DNA of 19,703 nucleotides, taken from positions 1-19,703 of the forward strand of contig JAOZFI010000030.1 in assembly GCA_027491395.1 (NCBI GenBank). Direction: 5' to 3'. Within the stretch, counting starts at the first letter, position 1. Every line of letters begins with the position of its first letter. The notes under the pieces were generated by a model. That model was not told the origin of the DNA, did not search any database, and saw only the letters and a list, made by a program, of their open reading frames with translations. Below are positions 17,667 through 19,703 of the stretch, piece after piece. This DNA is from Thermoproteota archaeon (GTDB lineage: Archaea > Korarchaeota > Korarchaeia > Korarchaeales > Korarchaeaceae). Position numbers and translations under genes: made by a program.

Positions 17667-18488
17667 TTGATCCTCCCGATACGAGGTGTGAAGGTAGAAG
17701 AGGATTCCCTTATTTCAAGACTCAAAAATGTACTCCACTTGACGGAGTACGAAGCCAGAACATACCTAACCCTGATCATGCACGGAAGCGTGACTGTAGG
17801 AGAGCTAAGCAAGCTGAGCGGTGTTCCCAGAGCAAAATGCTACGAGACCTTGAGGAATCTCGTACGCAAGGGGATGGTGGTAATGATCAGCAGTAAGCCA
17901 GTCAAGTACGCGCCTCTACCGGCAGAGGAAGGGATAGCTAACAGAATGGATCAGCTGAGGAAGGAGCTCGAAAGGAGGTTGATGGAAGCCGAGCAGATCC
18001 TAGAAGAGATAAGGGAGGTAAGCGGTCAGGGATCAGTACGGGAGGTTCAGATGATGATAATCGAGAGTCACGAGACCATACTCTCCAACTCTGTCAAGGA
18101 TGCCGTGAATGCGGAGAGGGAGGTACTAGTAGCGCTATCCAATAAACCTGCTAGAATAGATTGGAGCAAATACATCAGGGATTTAGCTGACTGCATGAGG
18201 AGGGGGGTGAAGTTCAGGTTCCTAGTACCCTCCTTGAGTGTGTTCAGCAGTGAATTCAGGGAGATACTGAAGAGGAACATGGTGGAACCTCCTTCATGGA
18301 GCTCGGTTGAGGTAAAGGAAACGAGGGCTGTGAGGGTACCTTTCATGGTTATAGACAGCAACATAACCTATCTATACATCTCTGATCCTGATACGGATAC
18401 CCTAAGGACTGCAGTCAGAATAAGGGATAACAGGATGGCGGAGCAGATGAGAGAGCTCTTCAATAGATACTGGGAGATGGTCGACTAG
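17667..18488 (+). CDS. TrmB-family transcriptional regulator (wHTH plus C-terminal effector domain)
   Basis: LTEYEARTYLTL...TVGELSKLSGVPRAKCYETLRNLVRKG...KPVKY; C-terminal FMVID...FNRYWE. Start may be GTG 17688. Confidence 0.9.
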   Translation: MILPIRGVKVEEDSLISRLKNVLHLTEYEARTYLTLIMHGSVTVGELSKLSGVPRAKCYETLRNLVRKGMVVMISSKPVKYAPLPAEEGIANRMDQLRKELERRLMEAEQILEEIREVSGQGSVREVQMMIIESHETILSNSVKDAVNAEREVLVALSNKPARIDWSKYIRDLADCMRRGVKFRFLVPSLSVFSSEFREILKRNMVEPPSWSSVEVKETRAVRVPFMVIDSNITYLYISDPDTDTLRTAVRIRDNRMAEQMRELFNRYWEMVD

Positions 18489-18490
18489 CC

Positions 18491-18796
18491 CTAGCTCTGT
18501 TCCAGCCTGATGATCTTGAAAATGACAGTCCCACCGCATGTGAGAGGGGGGTCCAAGATCCGGACACTGCACGTGCCCCACATCACCCTTGCCCTATCCC
18601 CAACTCATCCGCTGATACTCCATGAGAGAAAGTAGATAGGAGGGTTGCCATTACAATTAGTGCATAGAGGCATATCCTCTTCCCCCGCCTCTCCTTCAAT
18701 ATAGAATCCTCTTAAAGTAGAGGAATCGCCTTCACGTTATCCAGCTGCGCAGTAACCCCTGACCTCTTCCACCTCTATCCTCACATCGTGCAGCAT
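18491..18796 (-). pseudogene. TIGR04076-like cysteine-motif protein pseudogene
   Basis: Reconstructed MLHDVRIEVEEVRGYCAAG*REGD...RICLYAL...HGVSADELGIG..DVGHVQCPDLGPP.TCGGTVIFKIIR; TAA at 18737-18739 and three +1 frameshifts (~18684, ~18592, ~18548); GGGTGA ribosome-binding site. Confidence 0.75.
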
Positions 18797-18801
18797 GAAA
18801 C

Positions 18802-18882
18802 TCACCCTAGGAGTATTTCGTCCAGCCTGACCAAGACTGCCCCATTTCTGACCATTTCTTCCTTGGCCCTCTCCTCATCGGC
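18802..18882 (-). pseudogene. Orphan C-terminal gene tail, possibly isochorismatase/nicotinamidase family
   Basis: ADEERAKEEMVRNGAVLVRLDEILLG* resembles the last helix/strand of cysteine hydrolases; its stop overlaps the next gene's ribosome-binding site. Short, so weak. Confidence 0.3.
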
Positions 18883-19083
18883 GCGCGCAGCATTCGCGAC
18901 GGCATCGGTGTCAAAGATGACTACATCGTACTCCTCACCCTGCTAGAGCACCGCATCAATCATCTTGTCGAACATCGCCGACTCTTGGAAAGCTGGATTC
19001 GTGGTGGCGATGTCTATGAAGGGCTTGGGATCCATTAGTATATCTGCTCACTTAAGGAACTCCAACGACCTCTTCGCTATCAA
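18883..19083 (-). pseudogene. Internal fragment of an ArsA/GET3-family ATPase
   Basis: IAKRSLEFLK*ADILMDPKPFIDIATTNPAFQESAMFDKMIDAVL*QGEEYDVVIFDTDAVANAAR; YDVVIFDT switch-II-like motif preceded by PAFxESAMFD; stops TGA 19048-19050 and TAG 18943-18945; no P-loop. Confidence 0.7.
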
Positions 19084-19215
19084 GTGTGATGGCAATATAG
19101 ACAATTCTAGTTGATTTCTTGGGCTCCTACCATAATAGGAAGCTAACCTCCAAAGTGTGGACCGCGGTGCTGGAACAGATGGATGAATTCGCCTCCGAGA
19201 TGACTGTCAGGGAGC

Positions 19216-19560
19216 TTGGAGGCTCCCTTCATAGCCGTGGCCAAGAGAACTCGGTTCCCATTCGGAAGGATTGAGATGGCCTATACGAGCCTTCCGAGGG
19301 AGGTCTTGATCAATTACCTCATATCGAAGGCTATGGGGAGGAAGGATCTCCTCACAATGGTGGCCGACTTCAACACCACTCCAAAGGGCGAGAGAACCCT
19401 GAGGGACTTCCCGGATCTGGCAGTGGATGCGCTCTCCCTAAGGATTCAAGAGAGGAGCCCCAACCTCAGGATAATCATGTCGGCTGTGCATGTAGTGAAC
19501 GGCTCCCTCGAGAGGGTCCTATTAGCAGTTAGGACGGCGTGCAGCTCGGGCCTGTGCTGA
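19216..19560 (+). CDS. Hypothetical protein, possibly 5'-truncated or frameshifted
   Basis: 114-aa ORF with codon style like the neighbouring genes; its stop abuts the stop of a convergent gene (TGA|TCA at 19558-19563); a protein-like frame runs just upstream in another phase. Confidence 0.45.
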   Translation: MEAPFIAVAKRTRFPFGRIEMAYTSLPREVLINYLISKAMGRKDLLTMVADFNTTPKGERTLRDFPDLAVDALSLRIQERSPNLRIIMSAVHVVNGSLERVLLAVRTACSSGLC

Positions 19561-19703
19561 TCACTCGAGCTCAGGCATGAAGACCCTGACAGAACCCCTA
19601 TCCTCATAGGAGCTGAAAATCTCTCCTGCTTTCCTTATACCGCTCAAGATGGATTCGAAGAACTCATCAGCGCTCATTCTCAATCGATCAGCCGACTTGG
19701 CGA
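19561..19703 (-). CDS. 3' end of a gene running off the window edge, unknown product
   Basis: Open frame AKSADRLRMSADEFFESILSGIRKAGEIFSSYEDRGSVRVFMPELE* ending at TGA 19561-19563. Confidence 0.5.
   Translation of the reverse strand, partial: AKSADRLRMSADEFFESILSGIRKAGEIFSSYEDRGSVRVFMPELE

Noticed and set aside
16715-18945. Genome-wide TAG reassignment suggested by in-frame TAGs in vapC, rpl13e and arsA
   Set aside because: TAG ends lysY (10789), lysZ (11580), the radical SAM gene (16088) and trmB (18488) at natural C-termini, and vapC and arsA carry other lesions. Only rpl13e remains a read-through candidate.

Overview
Archaeal chromosomal window, most likely from a TACK-group archaeon (BRE/TATA promoters, GGAGGTG-type ribosome-binding sites, an L13e gene, XPB-Bax1, LysW pathway). 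In order: the 3' part of a very large surface-type protein with two PLD (HKD) domains and a lamin-tail domain; a DUF4332-like HhH protein; the XPB helicase-Bax1 nuclease pair; and a LysW-carrier lysine/ornithine cluster (argX-like, lysY, lysZ, lysW, lysX, lysJ, lysK) with two ATP-grasp ligases. A 143-nt, extensively self-complementary element fills the gap between lysK and a radical SAM gene. From about 16.1 kb the window becomes a decaying region largely missed by the ORF track: vapB with a broken vapC, ribosomal protein L13e with one in-frame TAG, an intact TrmB-family regulator, a frameshifted TIGR04076-like gene and an ArsA-ATPase fragment fused to an unrelated tail. All family calls come from motif recognition by eye; no searches were run.
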